A stretch of DNA of 64,000 bases from Candidatus Cloacimonadales bacterium (GTDB lineage: Bacteria > Cloacimonadota > Cloacimonadia > Cloacimonadales > JAIOQZ01): NCBI GenBank assembly GCA_963662655.2, contig CAXXTU010000002.1, positions 2,912,001 through 2,976,000 on the forward strand, in the 5' to 3' direction. Position 1 is the first letter of the stretch; every line of letters starts with the position of its first letter. A program made the position numbers and the translations under genes. Below are positions 10,101 to 17,484 of the stretch, piece after piece. Below the pieces are notes generated by a model. The model was not told the DNA's origin, did not search any database, and saw only the letters and a list, made by a program, of their open reading frames with translations.

Positions 10101-10284
10101 TAATGACATATCTCAGACAAATAGTGACGTGGAAAAATACGATGTTACGCTGGGGGGAAGCTACAATTTCCACCGGAACGTCAATGGCGGTTCGACGATC
10201 GATTATTCCTGGCAGCACGATAAAAAGAACAATAACCGGATTCGTACTTTTGGTGTCAGCCTCTGGGTCGAGATCCTCTTCTAA
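4117..10284 (+). CDS. sprA: SprA/Sov-like T9SS outer-membrane translocon (giant beta-barrel)
   Basis: 2055 aa with signal peptide; LRGTIGEKIHVNI, IKYVGNEDEIVQTIEGGNISLSL, ESLFGIKS, MRNVYNL, GSVKVKVNGRTLDENVDYTVDYDFG, AYLEDME, IDLGDVSEDF, LDTEDLDADG and KFFPAEWGLSIP motifs typical of SprA; terminal Phe. Confidence 0.88.
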   Translation: MNKKLLLSFLFLAIALSSFGDVPFRMQYTLKNYYPMTENRLDILKYHRGLSMSVKPSKIIRNFEFTTREIVDVEDSLIVMVAEYHGIEFPQQNILTFDQYIQSQFTASFHNLLREKAKERIEEGEQQVGEGIFGKELSIDLPKMALPKVVKDFMGDKAARLNIDGSEKLTFRIGSTRNDNNRSTESSGSEDLDLDLKQELRLRLRGTIGEKIHVNISHTSVSDEEIGNPNTIEIKYVGNEDEIVQTIEGGNISLSLTGSQYIGYSASSESLFGIKSTMKAGPLDLTFILGKEEGEKNTEKYTGQSQQDSLTIYSKDYKKYSYFYVVDPEVLFSIYDTDPSAPLPDNVPPTWSGNAIVTVAGSWVINHPELLPDDQSLRVFLDDANYSNDTIETLPGVAWQDPEDTETYRFEELYSGSDFEYDYDTGILSIDRAVNKGYAIGVTYTTNNGANQVGNDDESNLQVKMLYRKNQLPSYNTWKFQMRNVYNLNMQNVKSDGFKVNVYTEINSGQDMMFSLPDDLAVGSNYSTYNDYLRLDSNGDGLINSDDNTINLGEGYIIFPFLEPFKSLETEDTDIYSDGTVVSDDTIMRMYVVGKVGRDQITLNQMNIVKGSVKVKVNGRTLDENVDYTVDYDFGTITFLNNEAKDSNNEIEIDYEFRPLFAISSRIMTGLRADCKIGDNARLGGTFIYHSEQVEDKRPKIGSENKIQMMGDIDGEISFEMPLLTRIVDWLPLVKTDAESEVNLSGEVAVNIPQIYGNPDKKGDPEAYLEDMESILSTFPLGISRATWVPASEPLDYNFGKGKINWYNPTDIYMNDVYNDDLLTEEEENEKVSVMQVRVLTPNVHMPGVNQKYWAGIMKYVGNQLDFSDKKYIEIMVKADSTNSPINMHIDLGDVSEDFYTDFGGLGILNTEDGKNGGDSDGTYDYVEDVGLDGYPNGNPLDDPEDDFDNDKVNNIYPNINGTEGNKSLDTEDLDADGSLDTVNRYLEYSISLNSNEYLESQNEKGYRTYRIPIKNAGAFQAVTDSSTDPDIERVSYIRVWFETEENAIINLVTMDIVGNKWEESAIKYTGSDDIVPSSFIESHNVSMQTGIIDNQKDYSYTSPPGTTEKTDGVEEFEQSLTIDYENIHSGTYALVHQKFQTSYNLLNYGKLRFWVYPEVEDYSSVSDSIEIVLQLGGDSLNFYEIAIKMEPNEKREKLQRDWWTDFEIDFNSLTKLKLIDPDTYSIISDTVGIYTYRKYQNPTLTSIKYMALGIRVPGGSEKFSGRVFFDDIRVAEPFNDMGYAARSTFRVNFADFSDLSVNLTWKTPNFYEIRNRTGSSTTTSTTAFNESINLDITNKYSLHKFFPAEWGLSIPLNLSQSQSETRSKYIYNSDVEVSTITDKAEKDRQISRTLNRSASISYSQSKTPDNWILAYTLKNISFNGDIHKNISNTPSSRDTTLSYTQKYQYNLDIPRDKLGFKIFNDYWIYVLPKSYKNSLNYAISFPRKWRWLRSSDGTYGWERETQDQTTKTMKTNNTIAYDITSDLNLTYILNTTKNMRWRKEWQGINLGRTKDKTQSFDLSYNPDYIDNILTFSAGLGIDYVETQREYNNTTDETLPAVYYRYQGGVSRTVNIDVTLRNSDLLNSLADWLGAPPDELEKMPSGLDNPIDDLKGKSDQDDNKDLIEEDRNTFNWDGLDGLGHGDEDPPKPDLGKIETQNRDQAPDHDDRGKPELPKRDPLMDSEIVVNDSTVVDSVVAEPKEPMTTGKFLAILVRYLARFENFTIDYSNSYDTDYEERAKPPNFNYQLSLPHVLSENPEDGEIGSKTISDDIRISTGFQILDNLNTRWSYTRNISNTYSSSTTKTDKSTFPDVTVTLSKVEDILGISDYLSNSTIRSNYSYTRTDDWNSGSHIRVYEKYTMSPLAEWSGKWSFDLTTKVGYNMDTSEDANLRQESKVVTESNNSRLYATLTHTLKAAKGIKIPFVKERLRLKNEFTTDITFGWEKNKSTRKNGNDISQTNSDVEKYDVTLGGSYNFHRNVNGGSTIDYSWQHDKKNNNRIRTFGVSLWVEILF

Positions 10285-10293
10285 GGGAATTTT

Positions 10294-10893
10294 ATGCATA
10301 TTTTCCAATCGGAAATCCTAAACATTATCATTTTACCCATATTGATCTTTCTATCCCGCATTTTCGACGTAACGCTCGGTACGCTTCGCATCATTTTCGT
10401 ATCGAAAGGGATGCGGTATATTGCTCCGATCATCGGTTTCTTCGAGGTACTTATCTGGCTGATCGTGATTAGTCAGATCATGAAGAACATCGATCAGTGG
10501 TGGAACTATCTCGCGTACGCCGGTGGTTTTGCGACGGGGAATTTCGTGGGGATGTGGATCGAGAGTCGGATGGCGATGGGGATATCGCTTGTCCGTGTCA
10601 TCACTCGCACCAATGCGGAAGGTTTGATCCAGACGCTCAGGTTTGCCGGATATCGCGTCACCAATGTGACAGCGATGAACAACGACGGCGAAGTGGAAGT
10701 CATTTTCCTGCCCATTCGTCGCAAGGAAATCTCCGCTGTGATCGATCTCGTTAAAGAATACAATCCGAAAGCGCTTTACACGGTGGAAGAGGTGCAATCG
10801 TTGAGCGAAGGAGCCCTCCCGCACAGGCGATACAGTCATTTGGGCGTTCTCGATTTCAGTCAGCGTTTTTTCCGGCGCAGAAAAGGTAAGTAA
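10294..10893 (+). CDS. UPF0316/DUF5698 (DUF2179-type) membrane protein
   Basis: IFLSRIFDVTLGTLRIIF, IGFFEVLIW and YAGGFATGNFVG motifs; C-terminal PII-like region. Confidence 0.85.
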   Translation: MHIFQSEILNIIILPILIFLSRIFDVTLGTLRIIFVSKGMRYIAPIIGFFEVLIWLIVISQIMKNIDQWWNYLAYAGGFATGNFVGMWIESRMAMGISLVRVITRTNAEGLIQTLRFAGYRVTNVTAMNNDGEVEVIFLPIRRKEISAVIDLVKEYNPKALYTVEEVQSLSEGALPHRRYSHLGVLDFSQRFFRRRKGK

Positions 10894-10951
10894 AGCCTAA
10901 GCCGGAAGTCGTTCAACGAGCAGATAGCCCGGAGTTGTCTGCGCTCGAGCC

Positions 10952-11127
10952 CGGCGGGGCGGCGCGTGCGCGAAGCGCACGAAACATCCCCGAGCAGTTT
11001 GAAAACTGCTCGGGGATGTTTTCAGAAGCCCGTCAGGTTTTTCTGCGAAATCGAGTATGCTGTCCAACCTGGATGAATTGCAGCGCTGCGTGTATTGTCC
11101 AGCAGGGCTTCTGGCGCCGCCCCGCCG
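10952..11127 (+). repeat. Structured intergenic element B (four-way junction palindrome family)
   Basis: Stems 10952-10965/11114-11127, 10966-10980 hairpin, 10982-10999/11004-11021 and 11023-11031/11105-11113. Confidence 0.75.
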
Positions 11128-11324
11128 CGCGGCTGGTGCGAAATGGCAAGTCGGAAAAGCAATCACTCAAGGAGCAGAGAGGGTAAGCGATAACCTCGGT
11201 CGCCTAAATTTTCATTGACCTCATACCCCAACCCTTTGTATTCGTACATGTAAGGCAATTTCCGCTTTGGTGGATTGTGAAATGGATGAAAGAATCAGAA
11301 ATAACAAGGAATTGAGGTTACACA

Positions 11325-13757
11325 ATGACCGGAAAAACAGGTATTGAACGAATAACCGATACGATCTCCCGATTTTACACGGGAAAATACGCTTACATTG
11401 CATTTGCGGTGGCAATTGCCGTGATACTGATGATCCGCTTCTTCCCCGTGGCATTCCAGGGGTATGTTCCACAAGCTCAGGATACTCAGCAATGGCGCTA
11501 TACTTCCAACAGCATGATCGAGTATAATAAAACGCACGACGATAAAGCGCTGTGGAACCCGAATCTGTTCTCAGGCATGCCCGGGTACCTGATTCATCTG
11601 CCGGCAAAATACCCATTTATCGATAACTTGCGAGACCTGTTCAAGCCTGTTATCGACTGGCGGGTTCTTGCCATGATCATGGGCGGCATTGGAGCGTACC
11701 TGTTCCTTGTAATGCTCGGATTCGAACCGATCGTCGCGTTCATGGGCGGAATCGCCTTCGCGCTGTCGTCGCATTTCCCCGGATTGATCGATATCGGCCA
11801 CAACACAAAGTTCCGGGCGATCATGTACATCCCGTGGGTACTTCTTACCGTCGAATACATGCGGAAAAACCGGAGCCTTCTATCACTCGGCCTGGCGATG
11901 CTCATGCTGATCGGCCAGCTTCGAGAGAACCACCCGCAGATCGTTTACTACACCTTGATCATGATCGGAATCTACTGGTTGATGAATCTGATCTGGTCAA
12001 TTAAGGACGGAAAGATGAAATCCTTCCTGCATTTTACGCTTTTGCTTGCGCTGGCTTTGATTATCTCTCTCTCGGCTGTGATGAATCCCTACCTCTCCAC
12101 GCGCGAATACGCCGAATACTCCATACGCGGCAAAGCCGGACTGGAAACGGGCTACGCACAAAGCTGGTCGTTCCACCCCGCGGAGATGATTACCTTCTTC
12201 ATCCCGAAATTCTTCGGCGGAATCTCTCCCTATTACTGGGGATGGATGCCATCCACCGAAACCTCGATGTACATGGGCGTGATCGTCCTGATCCTGGCGA
12301 TCATCGCGATTGCCACCCGGCGTGATCGCATGACCTGGTTCCTCGTCACCGTCTCGATTGTTTCGCTTCTGATTGCGTTCGGCAGACATTTTGGCTTGCT
12401 TTCGGTGTTCCTCTTGAAATTCCTGCCGTACTTCAATAAATTCCGCGTGCCGGTCATGATGCTGGTTCTGCTGGAATTCTCCATCGTCGTTCTTGCGGCA
12501 AAAGGCATCCAAATTATTCTGGAGATGCGGGAACAGGATAATCCTCGATTCCGCAAGAATATCCTCCGTGCGCTGATCGCGATGGCGATCCTGCTGGTCG
12601 TGTTCTTCATGCTGAAGGGTGCGTTCGCGGGGATGAGTCTCTCCAAGCCGATCGAGACGCAGCGCTATCGCCCTGAGCAACTGGAGCAGCTAAAGCAGTT
12701 GCGGCTGGACATGCTGATGTCCAGCGGACTCACCGCATTTATGTTCGCAATTGGCTTCCTGGGAATTACATGGCTGACGCTGAAGAGAAAGATCTTCAAG
12801 TATTCGTTCCTCTGGATCGTCGCAATCCTTGTCGTCGTCGATCTTCTTGTTGCCAACGCGGATTTCCTGCAGAAGAAATCGAAAGAGAACCCGGGAGGAT
12901 TGATCCCCAAGCAAAAAACGGAAGCCCGGCTCGAGAAAACGGCTGTCGACGACTTCCTGCTTCAGGACGATGAAACGTTCCGTATTTATCCTCTGGGCGC
13001 GGATTTCGGTAACAATCGCTGGACTGCCTACCACCAATCCATCGGCGGATACCATCCATCCAAACTGAGCCGCTACCGCGATGTTATCGAGCAGTGCCTC
13101 AACACGGAAATCCGGAGCGGAATTCCAATCAACTGGAACATCGTCAATATGCTGAACACCAAGTACGTACTGTTCAATCAGCGCATTCCGCTCCCCAATC
13201 TTGAATACGCCTACTACGATCAGAACGATAAGATGATCGTTTATAAAAACAAAGAATACCTGCCGCGAGCCTGGTTCGCCGATTCCCTGGAAGTCATCGG
13301 CGATCCGGAACAAATCATGCAGCGCCTGAACGATCCCAACTGGAATCCTGCGCACGTCGCGATTGTCGAAACCGCGATTGCCGGCATGGAAAAACCTGAC
13401 AGCGCGTCGGTTACTCTGACAGCGTTTGATCTTCAAGCGCTCTCGTTCGACGTGTCCACGGATAAACCAGCCTATCTCGTGATCAGCGAAGTCTACTATC
13501 CCGCCGGATGGAAGGCCTTCCTCGATGGCGAGCGAGTGGAAATCCACCCCACCGATTACATTCTTCGCGGTATCGAAATCCCGGCGGGAAAGCATACGCT
13601 CGAAATGAAATTCGATCCCGAAATCTATAACATCAGCAAGACCGTCAGCCTGATCGGGTTGTTGCTGGCCACCGTTATCACGGTCTTGGGAGCGTTTCTG
13701 TTCTATCGCAGGAATTATGGTGGTAAAACCGAGTTTGTACTCAAGGATGAATCATGA
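11325..13757 (+). CDS. YfhO-family multipass membrane protein (putative GT-C glycosyltransferase)
   Basis: LWNPNLFSGMPGY, HPQIVYY, WSFHPAE, YMG, FNKFRVP, SIGGYHPSKL, VNMLNTKY and SEVYYPAGWKA motifs; many transmembrane segments. Confidence 0.85.
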   Translation: MTGKTGIERITDTISRFYTGKYAYIAFAVAIAVILMIRFFPVAFQGYVPQAQDTQQWRYTSNSMIEYNKTHDDKALWNPNLFSGMPGYLIHLPAKYPFIDNLRDLFKPVIDWRVLAMIMGGIGAYLFLVMLGFEPIVAFMGGIAFALSSHFPGLIDIGHNTKFRAIMYIPWVLLTVEYMRKNRSLLSLGLAMLMLIGQLRENHPQIVYYTLIMIGIYWLMNLIWSIKDGKMKSFLHFTLLLALALIISLSAVMNPYLSTREYAEYSIRGKAGLETGYAQSWSFHPAEMITFFIPKFFGGISPYYWGWMPSTETSMYMGVIVLILAIIAIATRRDRMTWFLVTVSIVSLLIAFGRHFGLLSVFLLKFLPYFNKFRVPVMMLVLLEFSIVVLAAKGIQIILEMREQDNPRFRKNILRALIAMAILLVVFFMLKGAFAGMSLSKPIETQRYRPEQLEQLKQLRLDMLMSSGLTAFMFAIGFLGITWLTLKRKIFKYSFLWIVAILVVVDLLVANADFLQKKSKENPGGLIPKQKTEARLEKTAVDDFLLQDDETFRIYPLGADFGNNRWTAYHQSIGGYHPSKLSRYRDVIEQCLNTEIRSGIPINWNIVNMLNTKYVLFNQRIPLPNLEYAYYDQNDKMIVYKNKEYLPRAWFADSLEVIGDPEQIMQRLNDPNWNPAHVAIVETAIAGMEKPDSASVTLTAFDLQALSFDVSTDKPAYLVISEVYYPAGWKAFLDGERVEIHPTDYILRGIEIPAGKHTLEMKFDPEIYNISKTVSLIGLLLATVITVLGAFLFYRRNYGGKTEFVLKDES

Positions 13758-14464
13758 GTGAAGAAAAATTGAAACCGGGTCTATACGTTGTCGCAGTTCC
13801 GATCGGGAATCGTGACGATATCACACTGCGAGCCTTGAAAGTGCTGCAGAATGTGGACGCGGTGATCTGCGAAGAATTCAAGTCGGGAAGCCGCACCCTG
13901 AATCAGTACGACATCAAGAAGCCGCTTGTTCCCCTCAACGAGCACAATGAACGGGAAGCGACCCAGGATTTGATCGGTTGCCTCACCGCGAAAACAGAGG
14001 CGATGGCGTTGATCAGTGACGCCGGAACCCCGCTTTTCGAGGATCCGGGTACCCGCCTCGTGTGGGAGTGTCATCTGAACGATATTCCCGTTTACCCCGT
14101 CCCGGGCGTTTCGTCGCTGATGGCGGCACTCATGGCGTGCGGCGTCAGTTCCAAGCGGTTCAACTACTACGGTTTCCTTCCCGCAAACAAAGAGAATCGC
14201 GTCGAAGAGTTGAAGAAGCTTCGCGCCCGTACCTCCGAGACATTCATCTTCCTGGATACGCCCTACCGCCTCAAGCAGTTATTGCGCGATATGGCCGCCA
14301 TCCTGGGCAAGGACCGCGAGGCGATGGTCGCGTGGAAACTTACCTACCCCGAGGAGAAAGTACTCTGGGGAAATCTCTCGGAGTTGCAGACAATGGCGGA
14401 GGATATGCCGAAGGGTGAATTCGTCATGATCCTCAAGAAGAAGAGACGGAAACGGCAGCAGTAA
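13754..14464 (+). CDS. rsmI: 16S rRNA C1402 2'-O-methyltransferase
   Basis: LYVVAVPIGNRDDITLRAL, LISDAGTP..DPG, PVPGVS, GFLP and KGEFV motifs. Confidence 0.92.
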   Translation: MSEEKLKPGLYVVAVPIGNRDDITLRALKVLQNVDAVICEEFKSGSRTLNQYDIKKPLVPLNEHNEREATQDLIGCLTAKTEAMALISDAGTPLFEDPGTRLVWECHLNDIPVYPVPGVSSLMAALMACGVSSKRFNYYGFLPANKENRVEELKKLRARTSETFIFLDTPYRLKQLLRDMAAILGKDREAMVAWKLTYPEEKVLWGNLSELQTMAEDMPKGEFVMILKKKRRKRQQ

Positions 14465-14477
14465 GGCCGGGGACATT

Positions 14478-15206
14478 TTGAAAAACTATCGCATCCTGCA
14501 TCATGGCGTGTTCGATCGAATCGACGTTGATCTCGTCGAGGGCAAAAGAACTTACTCCCCTGCCATTCAAACCGTTATCGATAGGGAATGGGACGCCGCC
14601 GTCGAGAAGAATCCCTCTCTGTACAACGGCGTGGCATATTCCCTGGAGAGGAGCCACACCGTGGGGAGCACGCTCAAGCTCCTCTTGCAGGAAACCGACT
14701 ACAAATCGTTCATCGGAACCAACGCAACCCACGCTTCCACGCTCGAAAATCATGAGGATCGCGCGGACATCGTGGCTGCGTGCTGTATATGTATAACGTC
14801 CGACCACAAGGTATTTCTCGGAAAGCGAAGCACGATTCAGGCTCAGGGTGAAGGGAAGTGGCATGTTGTCGGCGGAAATCTAGATATCCCCGATCCCTTC
14901 CAACTGATGATTCGTGAAATCGTGGAAGAAACGGGAATCTATCCCGAACACATCCTCGACATGCGATGCATGGCGCTCGGAATTTGTACGATCGGCAAGA
15001 AACCGGAATTGCTTTTCTCCGCTGAGTTGAGCATCGATTCGGAGCAGATGGAAGATTGCCTGGAGCAAGCGCCCGATCGTCAGGAGCACAGCGAAGTGAG
15101 GTTTGTCGCCGTGGAAGACCTTCCGGATTTCATGCGCGAACACTCGATGGTGCCGGTATGCGAAGCCGCGATCGAGGAATTCTTTCGCATCCTGTCCGGG
15201 ATTTGA
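14478..15206 (+). CDS. NUDIX-domain hydrolase
   Basis: GG...REIVEETGI Nudix box; TTG start. Confidence 0.75.
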   Translation: MKNYRILHHGVFDRIDVDLVEGKRTYSPAIQTVIDREWDAAVEKNPSLYNGVAYSLERSHTVGSTLKLLLQETDYKSFIGTNATHASTLENHEDRADIVAACCICITSDHKVFLGKRSTIQAQGEGKWHVVGGNLDIPDPFQLMIREIVEETGIYPEHILDMRCMALGICTIGKKPELLFSAELSIDSEQMEDCLEQAPDRQEHSEVRFVAVEDLPDFMREHSMVPVCEAAIEEFFRILSGI

Positions 15207-15231
15207 CAGGATGGAATCGGGGGAGCAATCA

Positions 15232-16128
15232 ATGAAACGCTATTTGTTTATCGTGAACCCCATAACGCGCGGCGGGGAAAAGAGCCGCAAGTACATCGAC
15301 AAGGTTCACGAACACTCGAAGCTCGATATCACGCTCTATAGTACCGAGTACGCCGGAGATGCGAAGCGCAAGGCGTCCATTTCCGCAATTGAAGGCTATA
15401 CGCACGTTATATCCGTGGGTGGTGACGGCACACTGAACGAGGTCGTCAATGGTGTGATGGAAATCGCGCCGGGAAAGCGTCCGATTATCGGGACGATCCC
15501 CGCGGGTGGCGGGAACGATTTCGGCAGGATGATCGGCGTTCCGCGGGAACCGGCCATCGCGTTCGACGCGATTCTCAGAGATCGAATCATGCAGGTGGAT
15601 GTGTGCCGCCTCAACGACCGTTACTTCATTAACAATATCGGCGCCGGTTTCGACGCGAAAGCCTCCTGGATGGCGGAAAAGGTGCGCCCTTTACAGGGAA
15701 TGCTGCGCTACCTGGTGGGCGTGTTTCTTTCCTTTCTGCACTACGAAGGATATCCGATGGATGTCGTTGCCGACGGCGAACAATTCAGCGAAAAATACCT
15801 CCTTGCCGCGATCGGTAACAGCAAGACCACCGGCGGAGGAATCCCCATCACGCCCAAGGCCGAGCTGAACGACGGTCTTCTGGATGTGTGCCTTGTAGGG
15901 CATCTTCCGCTTCTCAAAGCGCTGGCCCTGCTTCCGAAGGTTTTCACGGGGAAGCATGTCGAGCATCCCATCGTGCGGGAATTGAAGTGCAAGAGCATTC
16001 GATTGAATGCTCCTTCCGGAATACCGGTGTACGTGGACGGCGAGCTTCCTCTGCCTCCAAGATGGACTGAGCTCGATATCGAAGTGATACCGCAGAAGCT
16101 CGAGTTCATTTGTGGATTGGATCAATGA
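15232..16128 (+). CDS. Diacylglycerol/lipid kinase family protein (YegS/DagK-like)
   Basis: IVNP, GGDGTLNEV, IPAGGGNDF, GAGFDA, DGLLDV and VDGE motifs; start moved to ATG 15232 behind a GGGAG SD. Confidence 0.92.
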   Translation: MKRYLFIVNPITRGGEKSRKYIDKVHEHSKLDITLYSTEYAGDAKRKASISAIEGYTHVISVGGDGTLNEVVNGVMEIAPGKRPIIGTIPAGGGNDFGRMIGVPREPAIAFDAILRDRIMQVDVCRLNDRYFINNIGAGFDAKASWMAEKVRPLQGMLRYLVGVFLSFLHYEGYPMDVVADGEQFSEKYLLAAIGNSKTTGGGIPITPKAELNDGLLDVCLVGHLPLLKALALLPKVFTGKHVEHPIVRELKCKSIRLNAPSGIPVYVDGELPLPPRWTELDIEVIPQKLEFICGLDQ

Positions 16129-17435
16129 AAGATCAGCTCGACATTTTCACGGAGGCGATCAAGCCTACCAACATACCGCTGGCCGAGAAGGCGCGTCCGG
16201 CAGATATCGACGACATCCTGGGGCAGGACAAGCTTCTCGCGGAGAACTCCGCGCTCCGCACGATGATCGAGAGCGGAAAATATTCTTCGTTCATTATGTG
16301 GGGGCCTCCCGGCTGCGGCAAGACAACCATCGCTCGTCTCATCCAGCAGAAAACGGACAGCAGGTTTCTCTCCTTCAGCGCGGTGCTTGCCAGCATCAAG
16401 GATGTGAAGGAAGTGATGAAGGAAGCCGAGTACAATCTGCATGCGGAGAACCGCGGAACCATTCTGTTCGTGGATGAAATTCACCGTTTCAACAAGGCGC
16501 AGCAGGACGCGTTTCTTCCCTACATCGAGTCGGGTGCGATCATACTGATAGGCGCGACAACGGAAAATCCGAGCTTCGAGGTGATTCCGGCTCTACTTTC
16601 GCGCTGCCATGTGCTCGTGCTGGAGAGCCTGGAAGAGACGCATCTGATTTCCATCTTGCAGCGTGCGCTGGAGAAAGTGGGGCGAAACCTCCCGGACGAC
16701 GTGCTGGATTACATTGCGCAGCTCAGTGGCGGAGACGCCCGTAAAGCGCTCAATTATCTCGAGATTCTCCTGAACCAGTTCATGGAGGGAGAGCCAGTCA
16801 GTGTCGAAATAGCATCGAAGAGGCTGGCAAAAAAGGCGATGTTCTACGACAAGAGCGGAGAAGAGCACTTCAACCTGATTTCAGCGCTGCATAAATCTCT
16901 GCGTGGCAGCGATCCCCAGGCGGGACTCTACTGGCTGGCGAGAATGCTCGAGGCGGGAGAAGCTCCGCTGTATATCGTGCGCAGGCTGGTGCGGTTCGCC
17001 TCGGAAGATATCGGGCTCGCCGATCCAAACGCGCTTCAGCAGGCGATTGCGGTGAAGGAAGCGGTTCATTTCCTCGGAATGCCCGAAGCGGATAACGCGC
17101 TGGCGCAGCTTGTGGTTTACCTGGCGACGGCCCCCAAGAGCAATTCGCTCTACGACGCATACAAGAAAGCACGCGAGGACGCGCGAAGTACAAGCCACCT
17201 GGGCGTACCGTTTCATATCAGGAATGCACCGACGCAGCTCATGAAAGACCTCGACTACGGCAAGGACTACGCCTACTCGCACGAGTTCGAGAATCACTAC
17301 CACTACCAGAATTACTTCCCCGGCAAGATGGGTGAAAAAACCTACTACGAGCCTTCGCCGTTCGGATTCGAGAAAGAAGTCCGCAAACGCCTGGACTGGT
17401 GGAAGAAACTGCGGGAGAAGCAGGAGAAGAAATAG
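16125..17435 (+). CDS. rarA: Replication-associated recombination protein A (RarA/MgsA AAA+ ATPase)
   Basis: PLAEKARP, WGPPGCGKTT, DEIHRFNKAQQD, GATTENPSF, ISALHKSLRGSDP and SEDIGLADP motifs. Confidence 0.95.
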   Translation: MKDQLDIFTEAIKPTNIPLAEKARPADIDDILGQDKLLAENSALRTMIESGKYSSFIMWGPPGCGKTTIARLIQQKTDSRFLSFSAVLASIKDVKEVMKEAEYNLHAENRGTILFVDEIHRFNKAQQDAFLPYIESGAIILIGATTENPSFEVIPALLSRCHVLVLESLEETHLISILQRALEKVGRNLPDDVLDYIAQLSGGDARKALNYLEILLNQFMEGEPVSVEIASKRLAKKAMFYDKSGEEHFNLISALHKSLRGSDPQAGLYWLARMLEAGEAPLYIVRRLVRFASEDIGLADPNALQQAIAVKEAVHFLGMPEADNALAQLVVYLATAPKSNSLYDAYKKAREDARSTSHLGVPFHIRNAPTQLMKDLDYGKDYAYSHEFENHYHYQNYFPGKMGEKTYYEPSPFGFEKEVRKRLDWWKKLREKQEKK

Positions 17436-17437
17436 AA

Positions 17438-17463
17438 AAGCTTCCGGGATGATCCGGAAGCTT
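17438..17463. terminator. Hairpin between convergent genes (possible bidirectional terminator)
   Basis: aagcttccgg/ccggaagctt 10-bp inverted repeat between the rarA stop and the convergent lipoprotein stop. Confidence 0.5.
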
Positions 17464-17484
17464 CATGAAATCTTCATCTCCGTA

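Noticed and set aside
15103..15231. Extended N-termini given by the ORF track for the lipid kinase (also 2099, 16110, 30875, 43821 and 60784 starts)
   Set aside because: Downstream ATGs fit SD position, operon spacing and family N-termini better.
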